A stretch of DNA of 64,000 nucleotides. Origin: a virus. The notes under the pieces are model-generated. The model saw nothing but the letters and a program-made list of their open reading frames with translations, was not told the origin of the DNA and ran no database searches. The stretch covers positions 15,170 through 79,169 of IMG/VR virus record IMGVR_UViG_3300021957_000015. One strand, given 5' to 3'. The translations under genes and the position numbers were made by a program. Below are positions 31,473 to 40,638 of this stretch, piece after piece. How positions within the stretch are numbered: the stretch's first letter is position 1; each line of letters starts with the position of its first letter.

Positions 31473-32864
31473 ATGGCAATCAATATTAGAGAAATACTAC
31501 ACCCGAGTGATTCTGATTCTATTAAGTTTGAGAAAATCAACTACAACTTTGATCAGATTCTTGCTAACGGGGGAGGACCAAGAGGCCAAAAAGGCCAAAA
31601 AGGACAATTAGGAAATTCAGGTTTAACTGGAGAAAAAGGAATCAAGGGCGATCAGGGTATTCAGGGTCTTAAAGGAGAGATTGGTACTACTAATACACCT
31701 TGGTTTAGTATTGATCCTAGTGGCAACACTGACTTTAAAATTTTAAAACCAAAAAGATTAGGTTTACAATATACACCCGTCATATATTTAGGTGATGATT
31801 TATTTGACGAAAGTACGTCTTCGTTTGGTATTGATAGTGGACTTAATGCTAAGTTAAATATTAAAAAAGATTCTAACGCATTTGATAACTATGTTACATT
31901 AATAGATGATGTTAGTGATCAAAAAATAGTATTAACTAGTACATATAATTCAGCCTCTCAAATAACTAGATTTGCAATACAAAACGCATTTGGTGCAACA
32001 AATATTAAATTTGCGATAAGCGTAGATGATGTAGAAATAGCGGCACAAAATGAAATTGCTATAGTAGGTACAAATGGAGTGAAATTACAATCAGGTGGTA
32101 CTAGTGATATTAAATTAGAAACTTTAGGTACTGGTAAATTAGATGTTGATGCAAACTCAGAATTTAAAGGATATGTTAGACTTAATAACTCAACAGATCC
32201 TATATCACCAGTAGCAGGTATGATAAGATATAATTCTTCTAATAATAAATTTGAAGGTTATTTTTCTTCTAATGAATGGAAAGAACTATGTACTGAATGT
32301 GGAAGTGCGGTACCTAATAGTATTATTATAAACGGCGGGGATATAAATGCAAATCAAGATGGTTCACCGGTAAATAATAATAGTGTTGTCATAAGCGGCG
32401 GGGATATAAATGCAAATCAAGATGGTTCGCCGTATGGTGAAAATACGCCTACACCAACACCTACTCCAACACCAACGCTTGAAGAGACAGGAACAATTGT
32501 TATCAAAGAGAATGGTACTGGTAATATAGTTACAGAGTATTCCTTAGATGATTTTGCTGGAGGTCCAGGTTCAGACTCTGTATCGCTTACGTATAATCAT
32601 AGCGGTGGAAGTGTAAACGAAGACTTACCAATAGTCTTAGCTAAGGATAATGATATTAGTGTCTCATTTGTTCACGGTACATGGACAGGTGGAATAACAT
32701 ACGGTGGAATGACAATTCAAAGCATATCACCAGGTGCAGAATTTCCGGTCGGCAAAAACTTAGATGATTTAATAATACAAAATCCTCATGATATTAATGC
32801 AACAGTTACATTAACAGGAAGCTTGGTAGAAGGTTATTCCGGTGGAAAAGGTGAGAATGGTTAA
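31473..32864 (+). CDS. Tail fiber-like protein with collagen repeat
   Basis: DSDSIKFEKINYNF N-terminus; Gly-X-Y run GPRGQKGQKGQLG...; AGMIRYNSSNNKFEGY fiber motif; PT linker. Confidence 0.7.
   Translation: MAINIREILHPSDSDSIKFEKINYNFDQILANGGGPRGQKGQKGQLGNSGLTGEKGIKGDQGIQGLKGEIGTTNTPWFSIDPSGNTDFKILKPKRLGLQYTPVIYLGDDLFDESTSSFGIDSGLNAKLNIKKDSNAFDNYVTLIDDVSDQKIVLTSTYNSASQITRFAIQNAFGATNIKFAISVDDVEIAAQNEIAIVGTNGVKLQSGGTSDIKLETLGTGKLDVDANSEFKGYVRLNNSTDPISPVAGMIRYNSSNNKFEGYFSSNEWKELCTECGSAVPNSIIINGGDINANQDGSPVNNNSVVISGGDINANQDGSPYGENTPTPTPTPTPTLEETGTIVIKENGTGNIVTEYSLDDFAGGPGSDSVSLTYNHSGGSVNEDLPIVLAKDNDISVSFVHGTWTGGITYGGMTIQSISPGAEFPVGKNLDDLIIQNPHDINATVTLTGSLVEGYSGGKGENG
32316..32432 (+). repeat. 63-bp in-frame tandem repeat (2 copies)
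   Basis: GGCGGGGATATAAATGCAAATCAAGATGGTTC occurs twice, encoding GGDINANQDGSP. Confidence 0.9.
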
Positions 32865-32897
32865 AATAAAATAAATAAGAAATAAAAATAACATAAA

Positions 32898-33776
32898 ATG
32901 GCAGATTTACAGTTAAATAATAAATACACTAGAACTATAACAGTAGTTCCAAGCGGTAGTAGCTATACTTGGGAAGGAGTTGAAGAAACTCCATGGATTT
33001 CAATTTCACAAGTAGGTAGTTCTGATGAATGGGAAATTACAGTAGAAGAAAACAATACTAATGCATCTAGGGCCCAAATATTAACGGTGCGACATGGTGA
33101 TGGTTCAACAACTGCTCAAATTACTGTAAATCAGGCAGGTAGTGATGGGGTTAATGTAACACCAACTCCTACTCCTACTACAGCTACGACAATTTCATTT
33201 GGAGCACACAATATGATTGGATGTGATACACCAACCACCGATACATATACTTATGTAGATAATGGTGCATTCGAAGTTGGTGATTCGGTTAACGGAATTG
33301 GAGACGGTCAGTATATTCGTGTAGTTACAGCTGCAACAGGTAGTGCAACTGCTAATATAGGTCAAAAGTTTGCTATTCAAGACGAAGAAATTATGTCTAT
33401 TGGAAGTTGTGAGAATACTATTTCCTTTGGTGCTACTGGTCAGACGGCATGTGATACACCAACCACAGGCACATATACTTATGTAGATAATGGTCCATTT
33501 GAAGTTGGTGATACGATTAGTGGAATTGCAGACGGTCAGTATATTCGTGTAGTTACAACCGCAACAGGTAGTGCAACTGCTAATATAGGTCAAAAGTTTG
33601 CCATTCAAGACGGAGAAATTATGTCTATTGGAAGTTGCGATGACCAACCAACGCCGACCCCAACACCGACGCAGACGATTATGCAAAGCCCATCAAGTTC
33701 TAAATTTGTAGGCATGCCAACACCGACACCATCCCCAACACCTAGTATGTCAGTATCAGAACAAATCATTAGATAA
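32898..33776 (+). CDS. BACON-domain protein with two 76-aa repeats and PT linkers
   Basis: PWISISQVG...ITVEENNTNASRAQILTV...ITVNQAG is BACON-like. Confidence 0.7.
   Translation: MADLQLNNKYTRTITVVPSGSSYTWEGVEETPWISISQVGSSDEWEITVEENNTNASRAQILTVRHGDGSTTAQITVNQAGSDGVNVTPTPTPTTATTISFGAHNMIGCDTPTTDTYTYVDNGAFEVGDSVNGIGDGQYIRVVTAATGSATANIGQKFAIQDEEIMSIGSCENTISFGATGQTACDTPTTGTYTYVDNGPFEVGDTISGIADGQYIRVVTTATGSATANIGQKFAIQDGEIMSIGSCDDQPTPTPTPTQTIMQSPSSSKFVGMPTPTPSPTPSMSVSEQIIR
33189..33644 (+). repeat. 228-bp in-frame tandem duplication
   Basis: Two near-identical units TISFGA...CDTPTT...QKFAIQD..IMSIGSC starting at 33189 and 33417. Confidence 0.9.
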
Positions 33777-33792
33777 GAAAGACTAAATTTAT

Positions 33793-34596
33793 ATGGAAAT
33801 AATTAAGAAAATATTTGGCAATAAGAACACCCTAACATTTGTACTGGGTGCTCTTTTTGTGTTGTTATTTTTAAGACAATGTAACCAAGTGGCCTCTTTG
33901 AAACAAGATGTTAAATATGCGCAAGAAGACGCTAGTATTTCTTTAAATAATTTGTTAGCTTCCCAAGATTCTGTTACGGTTTTAAAAAATACTAACGGTG
34001 ATCAATTGGCACAAATAAGATCTTACAAAGTTGATTTATCAATTAAAGATAATAAACTTATTAAGATGACTAATAAGTATAAAAAAGCGCTAGACTTAAA
34101 TGATGATTTATCAGATGTTAATTCCTTGATATCTGCTGAATTAGAAATTAAAGATAGTTTACTAGCAAACGCAAGCGTAACTCAAATAGATTCAACTACT
34201 GCTGAAGTTAAGTATGAATCATTTAAAGATTATGGAAGTGGTAACAGTAGATCTCTATTTGGAACTTCTACATTAAAATATGATTTCGGTCAATTTAGAG
34301 TTTTAGATAGTAAATTTGAATTAAAACAAACATTGAGTTTGTTTGCTGCGATAGAAAACGTAGACGGTGCAGATAAATTAAAATTAAGTACTAGTTATCC
34401 TGGCATAGAAATTAAAGACATTGAAAACATAAACTTAATCAACACTCGTTTAAATAGAAAACTTGAAAAAAAATCAGGGTGGTCTATTGGAATTGGAGTT
34501 GGTTATGGAATAAACTTAAATAATAATCAAATAATTAGTACTGGTCCTTCTATTGGTTTAGGAGTGTATTGGTCACCTAAATTTTTGAGATTCTAA
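33793..34596 (+). CDS. Membrane-anchored coiled-coil protein, possible spanin
   Basis: N-terminal TM helix (LTFVLGALFVLLFLRQC), coiled coil, C-terminal amphipathic beta-hairpin ending in F. Confidence 0.45.
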   Translation: MEIIKKIFGNKNTLTFVLGALFVLLFLRQCNQVASLKQDVKYAQEDASISLNNLLASQDSVTVLKNTNGDQLAQIRSYKVDLSIKDNKLIKMTNKYKKALDLNDDLSDVNSLISAELEIKDSLLANASVTQIDSTTAEVKYESFKDYGSGNSRSLFGTSTLKYDFGQFRVLDSKFELKQTLSLFAAIENVDGADKLKLSTSYPGIEIKDIENINLINTRLNRKLEKKSGWSIGIGVGYGINLNNNQIISTGPSIGLGVYWSPKFLRF

Positions 34597-34602
34597 AACA
34601 AT

Positions 34603-36669
34603 ATGGCAAAATCATCAAGATATTTCAGGATAGACGAAGACGTTTTATTAGAATTCATATATCACGATCAAAGCAATCCAGACTCTACTAAAATTGAAGT
34701 AGACGATAACGGTAGTGAAGTAAAATTCTTAGATACTGTAAAAAATGTTACAGGAGCTAGTAGACATTTAATAAATGAATTGGGTAGTGATGTTGTAAAT
34801 TTTGACGTTACTACAAATGGCGGATACGTGTCTATAGAAAACTTTGCTGCTAGAACATTATTATTACAAAACGGTAAAACATATAAATTTGACTTATCTT
34901 TATTAGATAATCCAGAATTATTCTTTATCACTGGAAGCGCAGGAATATATTCGTATTCTGATGCTACTAAAATAGGAGTTTTCTCACCTAATCAAAACGG
35001 TACAATAGAGTATACATATCCTAATTTTATAGGAGGTAAAATAATAGTAGATACGAGAGCTAATCCTTTATTTTCTACACCAGATGAAGTTACCGGAAAT
35101 GATATTAATCAAATTATAGGTAGATACCATGGTATAAAAGTACCTAATGATGAATCAAGATATGCATTGTTAGGATACGATTCTACAGGTTATTATGAAA
35201 TGTTTAATTACATAAATAATAACGCAGGTTGGACTGGAGGTAATGAAGCTGATTTAATTAATTATCAAGTAGAAGCAACACAAAATATAAATTATATTCA
35301 ATATGATTCTGTTAGACTTCACTTAAAAAGTGGATATAGCTTTTCTGCAAGAAATTACGAAGGTTTCTTATTTGAAATTACAACTGACAGAGATAATGGT
35401 ATTAAAAATTATTTAACTCAATTAGTTTATCTTAATACTAGTAATTATGAATATGCTAATCCTAGACCATTCGTATTAGGAGAAACGCTTTGGAGTAAGT
35501 TTATTGAAATTAAAGTACCATCAATAATTGGTCAAAACGCTGAGTTTACTGATAGATTCTATGGAGATGGAACAGTAGGTTCAAGTAATTTAGATCCTGC
35601 TAGTAATTACGGAGTAAGTTTTAAACTTATAGATAAACTAGAAGTAGGAAATGGATTTGATTATTTTTATACAGCTGAAGAAAATAAATTTACCGTTTCC
35701 AGAGAAGATGAATATCAAGATTTTACCGTTGTAATTGAAGATGCAGAAGACGGTGATTACTTTAAAATATATGGAGAAAGAGATAATTCAATAGGCGCAT
35801 TTGAAGCATATGTTTTAAATAGAATCAGTACATCATCAGATGATATAGTTGTTATATTTGATGTCGATGTATTTGAACAAATTGGAACATCGTATGTAAA
35901 GACTAATGAATTGACGTTTACACAATATGAAGATTTTAATGATCCTATACTGTTTAGACCTATTATTAAAAATGCTGCAACTGCTGTAAACTTTTCTATA
36001 GAAGTTACAATGAGAATTTATAATCAAACTGATAATACTCAAATTGTAAAGAAAGCTAGTATGATTCTTAATCAAGCCGGCAAATATGGAAAGAAACTTT
36101 CTGCTCTTAAGATCAACAGTCCTAATGTAATGACAGAGGTCTACAATATATTACCTAATTTATCAGGTAATAAAATAATCAAAAGTTTAATTACTGATAA
36201 TTTACCTAGATCTGTAAAAGTTGTGCCTGCATTTATTGAAAGGCACAATATAATTACAACATCTGCTAAAGTTAAATTAGAGGGCGAAGGTGAAAATCAA
36301 ATGATCAAAGATGTTGAAGAAATTGAAACTTCTGAATTTATGAAAGAAGGCGACATTAGAATTAGCATCCCTCCATTTGCATGTTACTTTAAATTTGTTA
36401 TTTCTAAAAAATTAGGAGATGACATTCAATTTATTTCTTTTGAAAACGCTGAAAGATTGGTACTATCTTTTGGTGATGGAACTAATAAATTAACGTTTAA
36501 CCACATATCTAATAAAGATATAGACATGGGCGAAGGAGAAGTATTATTTAAAATAAATGAAGCTAATGCTAAAGCAATTAGAAATATGAATAATAATATG
36601 TTCTATATAAGCGTAGATAATGGCACTGAACAGACATATATAACATCAGGTAAATTTATATTAGTATAA
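34603..36669 (+). CDS. Hypothetical protein, probably virion structural
   Basis: 688-aa ORF in late module. Confidence 0.55.
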   Translation: MAKSSRYFRIDEDVLLEFIYHDQSNPDSTKIEVDDNGSEVKFLDTVKNVTGASRHLINELGSDVVNFDVTTNGGYVSIENFAARTLLLQNGKTYKFDLSLLDNPELFFITGSAGIYSYSDATKIGVFSPNQNGTIEYTYPNFIGGKIIVDTRANPLFSTPDEVTGNDINQIIGRYHGIKVPNDESRYALLGYDSTGYYEMFNYINNNAGWTGGNEADLINYQVEATQNINYIQYDSVRLHLKSGYSFSARNYEGFLFEITTDRDNGIKNYLTQLVYLNTSNYEYANPRPFVLGETLWSKFIEIKVPSIIGQNAEFTDRFYGDGTVGSSNLDPASNYGVSFKLIDKLEVGNGFDYFYTAEENKFTVSREDEYQDFTVVIEDAEDGDYFKIYGERDNSIGAFEAYVLNRISTSSDDIVVIFDVDVFEQIGTSYVKTNELTFTQYEDFNDPILFRPIIKNAATAVNFSIEVTMRIYNQTDNTQIVKKASMILNQAGKYGKKLSALKINSPNVMTEVYNILPNLSGNKIIKSLITDNLPRSVKVVPAFIERHNIITTSAKVKLEGEGENQMIKDVEEIETSEFMKEGDIRISIPPFACYFKFVISKKLGDDIQFISFENAERLVLSFGDGTNKLTFNHISNKDIDMGEGEVLFKINEANAKAIRNMNNNMFYISVDNGTEQTYITSGKFILV

Positions 36670-36670
36670 C

Positions 36671-37222
36671 ATGATTTTAAATAGTAGAAATAATACATTT
36701 GATTTTAAATTTCCTAGAAATTTTATACCCAAAGAGGTAGCAGAAAAATATAAAAAATATTTAACAAAAGTACCTGGCTCAGTTTTAGCAGAGCCTATAG
36801 ATTTTGTTAACTATTCTATACAAGGAGTTAATATTCCTGGAGTTTCATTTGATCCTATATCACAAGCTGATAATGATGGATCTATAAGATATCAAAGAGG
36901 TGCTGTTCCTATTCAAAATACAATAGAAAGACAATTTACGGTAACTATGCAATTGTTAGATGGTTTTATAAATTATTGGATAATGATGGACACATTATTA
37001 TATTATTACGCAAGATCAACTACTGAACCATATACTGAACCTTTAACTTTAAGAATATTAGATTCTGAGGGAGCTTCAGTTGCATATATGCAATTTGCTA
37101 AACCTATTATGAATTCTATTAATGAATTAAATTTAAATTTCTCAGATAATATTTCTGAATTTAGTACATTTGAAATAAACTTCTATTACAATCAATTAAA
37201 ACTAAGATTAGAAGTAGAATAA
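36671..37222 (+). CDS. gp3: Tail completion/tube terminator protein, gp3-like (tail-tube fold)
   Basis: VNYSIQGVNIPGVSF motif; LTLRILD; FSTFEINFYY C-terminus. Confidence 0.6.
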   Translation: MILNSRNNTFDFKFPRNFIPKEVAEKYKKYLTKVPGSVLAEPIDFVNYSIQGVNIPGVSFDPISQADNDGSIRYQRGAVPIQNTIERQFTVTMQLLDGFINYWIMMDTLLYYYARSTTEPYTEPLTLRILDSEGASVAYMQFAKPIMNSINELNLNFSDNISEFSTFEINFYYNQLKLRLEVE

Positions 37223-37234
37223 TATATATACAAT

Positions 37235-37786
37235 ATGAAACATTTACTTACATTAGAAAGTTATTATTCTTATAAGGATTTTGAAAAAGGAAGATGGGGA
37301 ACACCTTCTGAAATTGAAGAAGACCTTAGAATGACTATTGTAAATTTACTTACATATGCTGGTATTTCAGATAATTTAGATGATGTTGAATACAAAGACG
37401 AATCTAATGATAAAGGAATAAAGTGGGAAATAACTATCAAGCATTCTGAGGGTACAGATATATTACATGCTTACAAAAGAACTAATTGGAGAGGACAATA
37501 TGAATTATACTTAAATAAGAAGAAGTCAACTGCATATGATATTCAACAGACATTCTTAAAAAAGTTTGTATCGCCATTAGATCAATATTTAGCTTCAATG
37601 AAGTCGTTTGATAAACACTATCAATATGCAGATGATAATAGATCCTACAAAAGTGGGTCGGCACATGCTGAAAGATTAAGAGAAATGTATAAAACATTAC
37701 AATCTTCGGACAAAAAGAAAGCATATAAAGAATTTAATAAAAAACATGGAACTGATTTACCATTTAAGGATTTTTCAGGATCATAA
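37235..37786 (+). CDS. Hypothetical protein with capsid-targeting-like N-terminus
   Basis: Starts MKHLLTLESY; preceded by ATATATA motif. Confidence 0.6.
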   Translation: MKHLLTLESYYSYKDFEKGRWGTPSEIEEDLRMTIVNLLTYAGISDNLDDVEYKDESNDKGIKWEITIKHSEGTDILHAYKRTNWRGQYELYLNKKKSTAYDIQQTFLKKFVSPLDQYLASMKSFDKHYQYADDNRSYKSGSAHAERLREMYKTLQSSDKKKAYKEFNKKHGTDLPFKDFSGS

Positions 37787-37804
37787 TAAATAATAGATAA
37801 CATC

Positions 37805-38263
37805 ATGGCAAAACAAAAAATTTACACAGTATGGGGATCTAACCCAGAAAAAGGTGATCGTTTCGATAAAGCAGAAGAGTGGATGGCTGCTGTATTTGAA
37901 TCTGAAGAAGAAGCTAACGCTTTTAAGGATGCTGAAAGTAAAAATTACAAGTTCATAGAACAAAGTATTCATGCAGATGTTTCTTCAGGTTTTCGTGTAG
38001 CTAGTGGTTTTCACAGCGCTAGAATTTTCTGCGAGAGTATGTCTGAGAATAAAGCTAAAAAACAATTATTAAATTTAAACACTAGATGTTCAGCTTACTT
38101 TAAGAAGCCTATAAGTGGTGGAAGCTATGTTAAATTTAATAAAGATGGATTTGTTGAGGGCAAAGGATATAAATTTTACTCTAATGAAGATAATGCAATC
38201 CAAGAATCTAAAAAAGTATTAAGCCACTTACTGTTATTTGAACAATTTATTAATAAACACTAA
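37805..38263 (+). CDS. Hypothetical protein with capsid-targeting-like C-terminus
   Basis: Ends IQESKKVLSHLLLFEQFINKH. Confidence 0.6.
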   Translation: MAKQKIYTVWGSNPEKGDRFDKAEEWMAAVFESEEEANAFKDAESKNYKFIEQSIHADVSSGFRVASGFHSARIFCESMSENKAKKQLLNLNTRCSAYFKKPISGGSYVKFNKDGFVEGKGYKFYSNEDNAIQESKKVLSHLLLFEQFINKH

Positions 38264-38289
38264 GTTTAATAATCAAAGATATATACAAT

Positions 38290-38658
38290 ATGAAAACATT
38301 TAATAAATACTTAGTAGAGGAAAAGATTACTGAAAACGACATGGAAGTTCTTAAAGAAAACTTACAGTCTGAGTGGACTCCTGAATTAGAATCTAAAATA
38401 GATGCAGCAATAGAGGAATTTTGTAAAACTTACCAAAACGAAGATGGTACATATGACTTAGACAAGTTAAATGAAGAAATAACTAACGAAGGTCTTCTAG
38501 GTTCTATTATAGGTGGTTTAACTGGATTTGCTCTAGGAAAATCAGTTGGTAAATTATTAGCTAGAGTATTAGGTATTCAAAAGGGTATATTATTTGATTT
38601 ATTAACCTCAAGACTTGTAGGTGCTGCATTAGGTGCTAGTCTTGGTAAAAGATTCTAA
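38290..38658 (+). CDS. Small protein: acidic N-terminal half plus cationic glycine-zipper C-terminal half
   Basis: Starts MKTFNKYLVEE; after ITNE comes GLLGSIIGGLTGFALGKSVG...LVGAALGASLGKRF. Confidence 0.7.
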   Translation: MKTFNKYLVEEKITENDMEVLKENLQSEWTPELESKIDAAIEEFCKTYQNEDGTYDLDKLNEEITNEGLLGSIIGGLTGFALGKSVGKLLARVLGIQKGILFDLLTSRLVGAALGASLGKRF

Positions 38659-39312
38659 ATGAATTACGTTTCAGTAGATTTTTCTTTAAATTCTCCAGGT
38701 ATTTGTATTTTTAATACAGAATCCAACACACATCATTATATAAGTTACGTTAAACCAGGTTTAGGTACTAAGAAAGAACAAAAGCTTCAAGAAGACATTA
38801 GTCTACTAAGCGATGTTACTTTAGTATATCAGCAAGACTGGAAAACCACATTTGGTGATTACTCTAAAAATGAGCTAGCTAAGGTTAGAAGATATATGGC
38901 TACTGCTGACCAAATTATTAATATTATTTTAGGAATTACTAAAACTAAGAATGATTATATTATCGCATTCGAAGGAACTTCTTATGGTTCTAAAATGGGA
39001 ACTAATAATATAATTGACATGGCTGCGGGTGCCGCTATTCTTAAAGAACAAATGATTTCTCAGCTTCACGTTAAAGACATATTGACTGTTGCTCCTACTA
39101 CAATTAAAAAGTTTGCTGGCAAGGGTAACATGAACAAGCTTCAGTTGTTTGAGGCATATCAGCAAAATGTGAACGATGACCCAATCTTAGCTCGAAGCCC
39201 CTTACATTCTATGATCAAAGATCTTGAAATTGGGAAAAAGATCCCGAAGCCGTTGGACGACCTAGTAGATGCGTATTTCTTGGTTACATACGTTTCAAAC
39301 CCCTCCACCTAA
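38659..39312 (+). CDS. RuvC-like Holliday junction resolvase/nuclease
   Basis: RNase H-fold acidic motifs VSVDFSLNSPGIC, IAFEG, APTTIKKFAGKGN, DDLVDAYFL. Confidence 0.8.
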   Translation: MNYVSVDFSLNSPGICIFNTESNTHHYISYVKPGLGTKKEQKLQEDISLLSDVTLVYQQDWKTTFGDYSKNELAKVRRYMATADQIINIILGITKTKNDYIIAFEGTSYGSKMGTNNIIDMAAGAAILKEQMISQLHVKDILTVAPTTIKKFAGKGNMNKLQLFEAYQQNVNDDPILARSPLHSMIKDLEIGKKIPKPLDDLVDAYFLVTYVSNPST

Positions 39313-39340
39313 TCTTTCCTCCAGACTTAGATAACATTTG

Positions 39341-39368
39341 TTATATGCTAGTTGCGAGAAACTGTTTC
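39341..39368 (-). promoter_or_regulatory. Reverse-strand GAAAC-N18-TATAA promoter-like element
   Basis: Minus strand reads GAAAC agtttctcgcaactagca TATAA. Confidence 0.4.
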
Positions 39369-39404
39369 ATTTTTTTATTATTTATTTTTAATAAGTCTTT
39401 CCAT

Positions 39405-39431
39405 GAAACAATTAGGAACTAAGATATATAA
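39405..39431 (+). promoter_or_regulatory. GAAAC-N17-TATAA promoter motif overlapping GATATATAA
   Basis: GAAAC aattaggaactaagata TATAA. Confidence 0.6.
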
Positions 39432-39460
39432 TAAGTATAATAATTAAAGTATTAATTTAT

Positions 39461-39631
39461 ATGTTGATTACTATTGAATACCTTCGTCTAATTAAGATCC
39501 TCGAAAAAATGGTGATAGCGAACCAGCTTACTGAAAAGGAAGCGTCAGAGTTACTTCACAAGTCAGGACTGATTAAGTTAGAGGAAAATAGATGGAAGGA
39601 ACCTTCAGGAGCAATCTTAACAGTTAGTTGA
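39461..39631 (+). CDS. Small hypothetical protein (56 aa), not in the ORF track
   Basis: MLITIEYLRLIKILEKMVIANQLTEKEASELLHKSGLIKLEENRWKEPSGAILTVS, translated by hand; downstream of a promoter motif. Confidence 0.6.
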   Translation: MLITIEYLRLIKILEKMVIANQLTEKEASELLHKSGLIKLEENRWKEPSGAILTVS

Positions 39632-39656
39632 AACTATTTATTATTATGCATTATAA
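39630..39656 (+). promoter_or_regulatory. GAAAC-N17-TATAA promoter motif upstream of SSB
   Basis: GAAAC tatttattattatgcat TATAA. Confidence 0.6.
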
Positions 39657-39717
39657 GGTAACGAAAGAACATTAAAGTAATTTCAAGTATTAAACAATTA
39701 AACAATTTAAAGGTATT

Positions 39718-40638
39718 ATGAGCGAATCATTTGACATTTTTAACTTGGGCGTAGAAGACGTAGAAACGCATCAGCCCGAAAGAACAACAGTAAACGAAGT
39801 TTACAAACCAACAGCCGATGACGGCAAAGACGGAACTTATAAAGCGCTAATCCGCTTCGTTCCAAATCCAGAGAATCCAAGAAATTCTCTAATTCAAAAA
39901 TACGTACACTGGTTAACTAATTCTAGTGGTGACGGTAAATTGGTAGATTCACCATCTTCAATAGGTGAAAAATGCCCAATCGCAGATGTATTCTGGAAAC
40001 TGAGAAAATCAGATTCAGCAGTAGATCGCAAGTCATCAGAGAAATTAAAGAGACGTCAGCAGTATTATTCTTTAATTAAGATTGTAAAAGATCCACAAAA
40101 CCCAGAATTAGAAGGTACTTATAAAGTATTTAAATTCGGTTACAAGATTAAAGAAAAAATCGATGCTGAATTGAAACCAGATTTCGGTGAACCAACACAG
40201 GTGTTTGACTTATTCGAAGGTAAGAACTTTGAGTTGATCATTACTCGCCAAGGTGAATATAATAATTATGATAAGTCTAAATTCTCAGCTAGTACTTCTG
40301 CAATTTTAATGGGCGATACTCCAGCAGAAAGAAATAAAGAGACAATGACTGCAATCAAAACTGAGTTAGAAAACGCACCATCTCTTGTAAACTATGATTA
40401 CAAAGCATGGGACGAAGATACTAGATCTTTTGTAAATGATGTATTAAGAATGTACTTAAATCCTGGAGATTCTATCTCAGCGATGACAAGTAGTTCAACA
40501 TCTACACCAAAGAAAGCCACTACAAGTGCAACAACGGTAGTTGAAGCAGAGGCTCCTGTAAAGACAGAATCAAAAGAAACTGCAGCAGTTAGTACAGATG
40601 ACGATCTTGATTCTTTCTTGAATGACCTCGACATCTAA
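39718..40638 (+). CDS. gp32: Single-stranded DNA-binding protein, T4 gp32-like
   Basis: YKALIRFVP, KCPIAD, IVKDPQNPELEG..KVFKFGYKIKEKI, FDLFEGKNF, NNYDKSKF; acidic tail DDDLDSFLNDLDI. Confidence 0.9.
   Translation: MSESFDIFNLGVEDVETHQPERTTVNEVYKPTADDGKDGTYKALIRFVPNPENPRNSLIQKYVHWLTNSSGDGKLVDSPSSIGEKCPIADVFWKLRKSDSAVDRKSSEKLKRRQQYYSLIKIVKDPQNPELEGTYKVFKFGYKIKEKIDAELKPDFGEPTQVFDLFEGKNFELIITRQGEYNNYDKSKFSASTSAILMGDTPAERNKETMTAIKTELENAPSLVNYDYKAWDEDTRSFVNDVLRMYLNPGDSISAMTSSSTSTPKKATTSATTVVEAEAPVKTESKETAAVSTDDDLDSFLNDLDI

Noticed and set aside
33189-33644. Diversity-generating retroelement TR/VR pair
   Set aside because: The repeats are in-frame tandem coding units, differences are not confined to adenines, and there is no reverse transcriptase in the window
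38659-39312. Cas12/TnpB-type RNA-guided nuclease
   Set aside because: Only 217 aa, no Zn finger or recognition lobe; it fits a stand-alone phage RuvC-like resolvase
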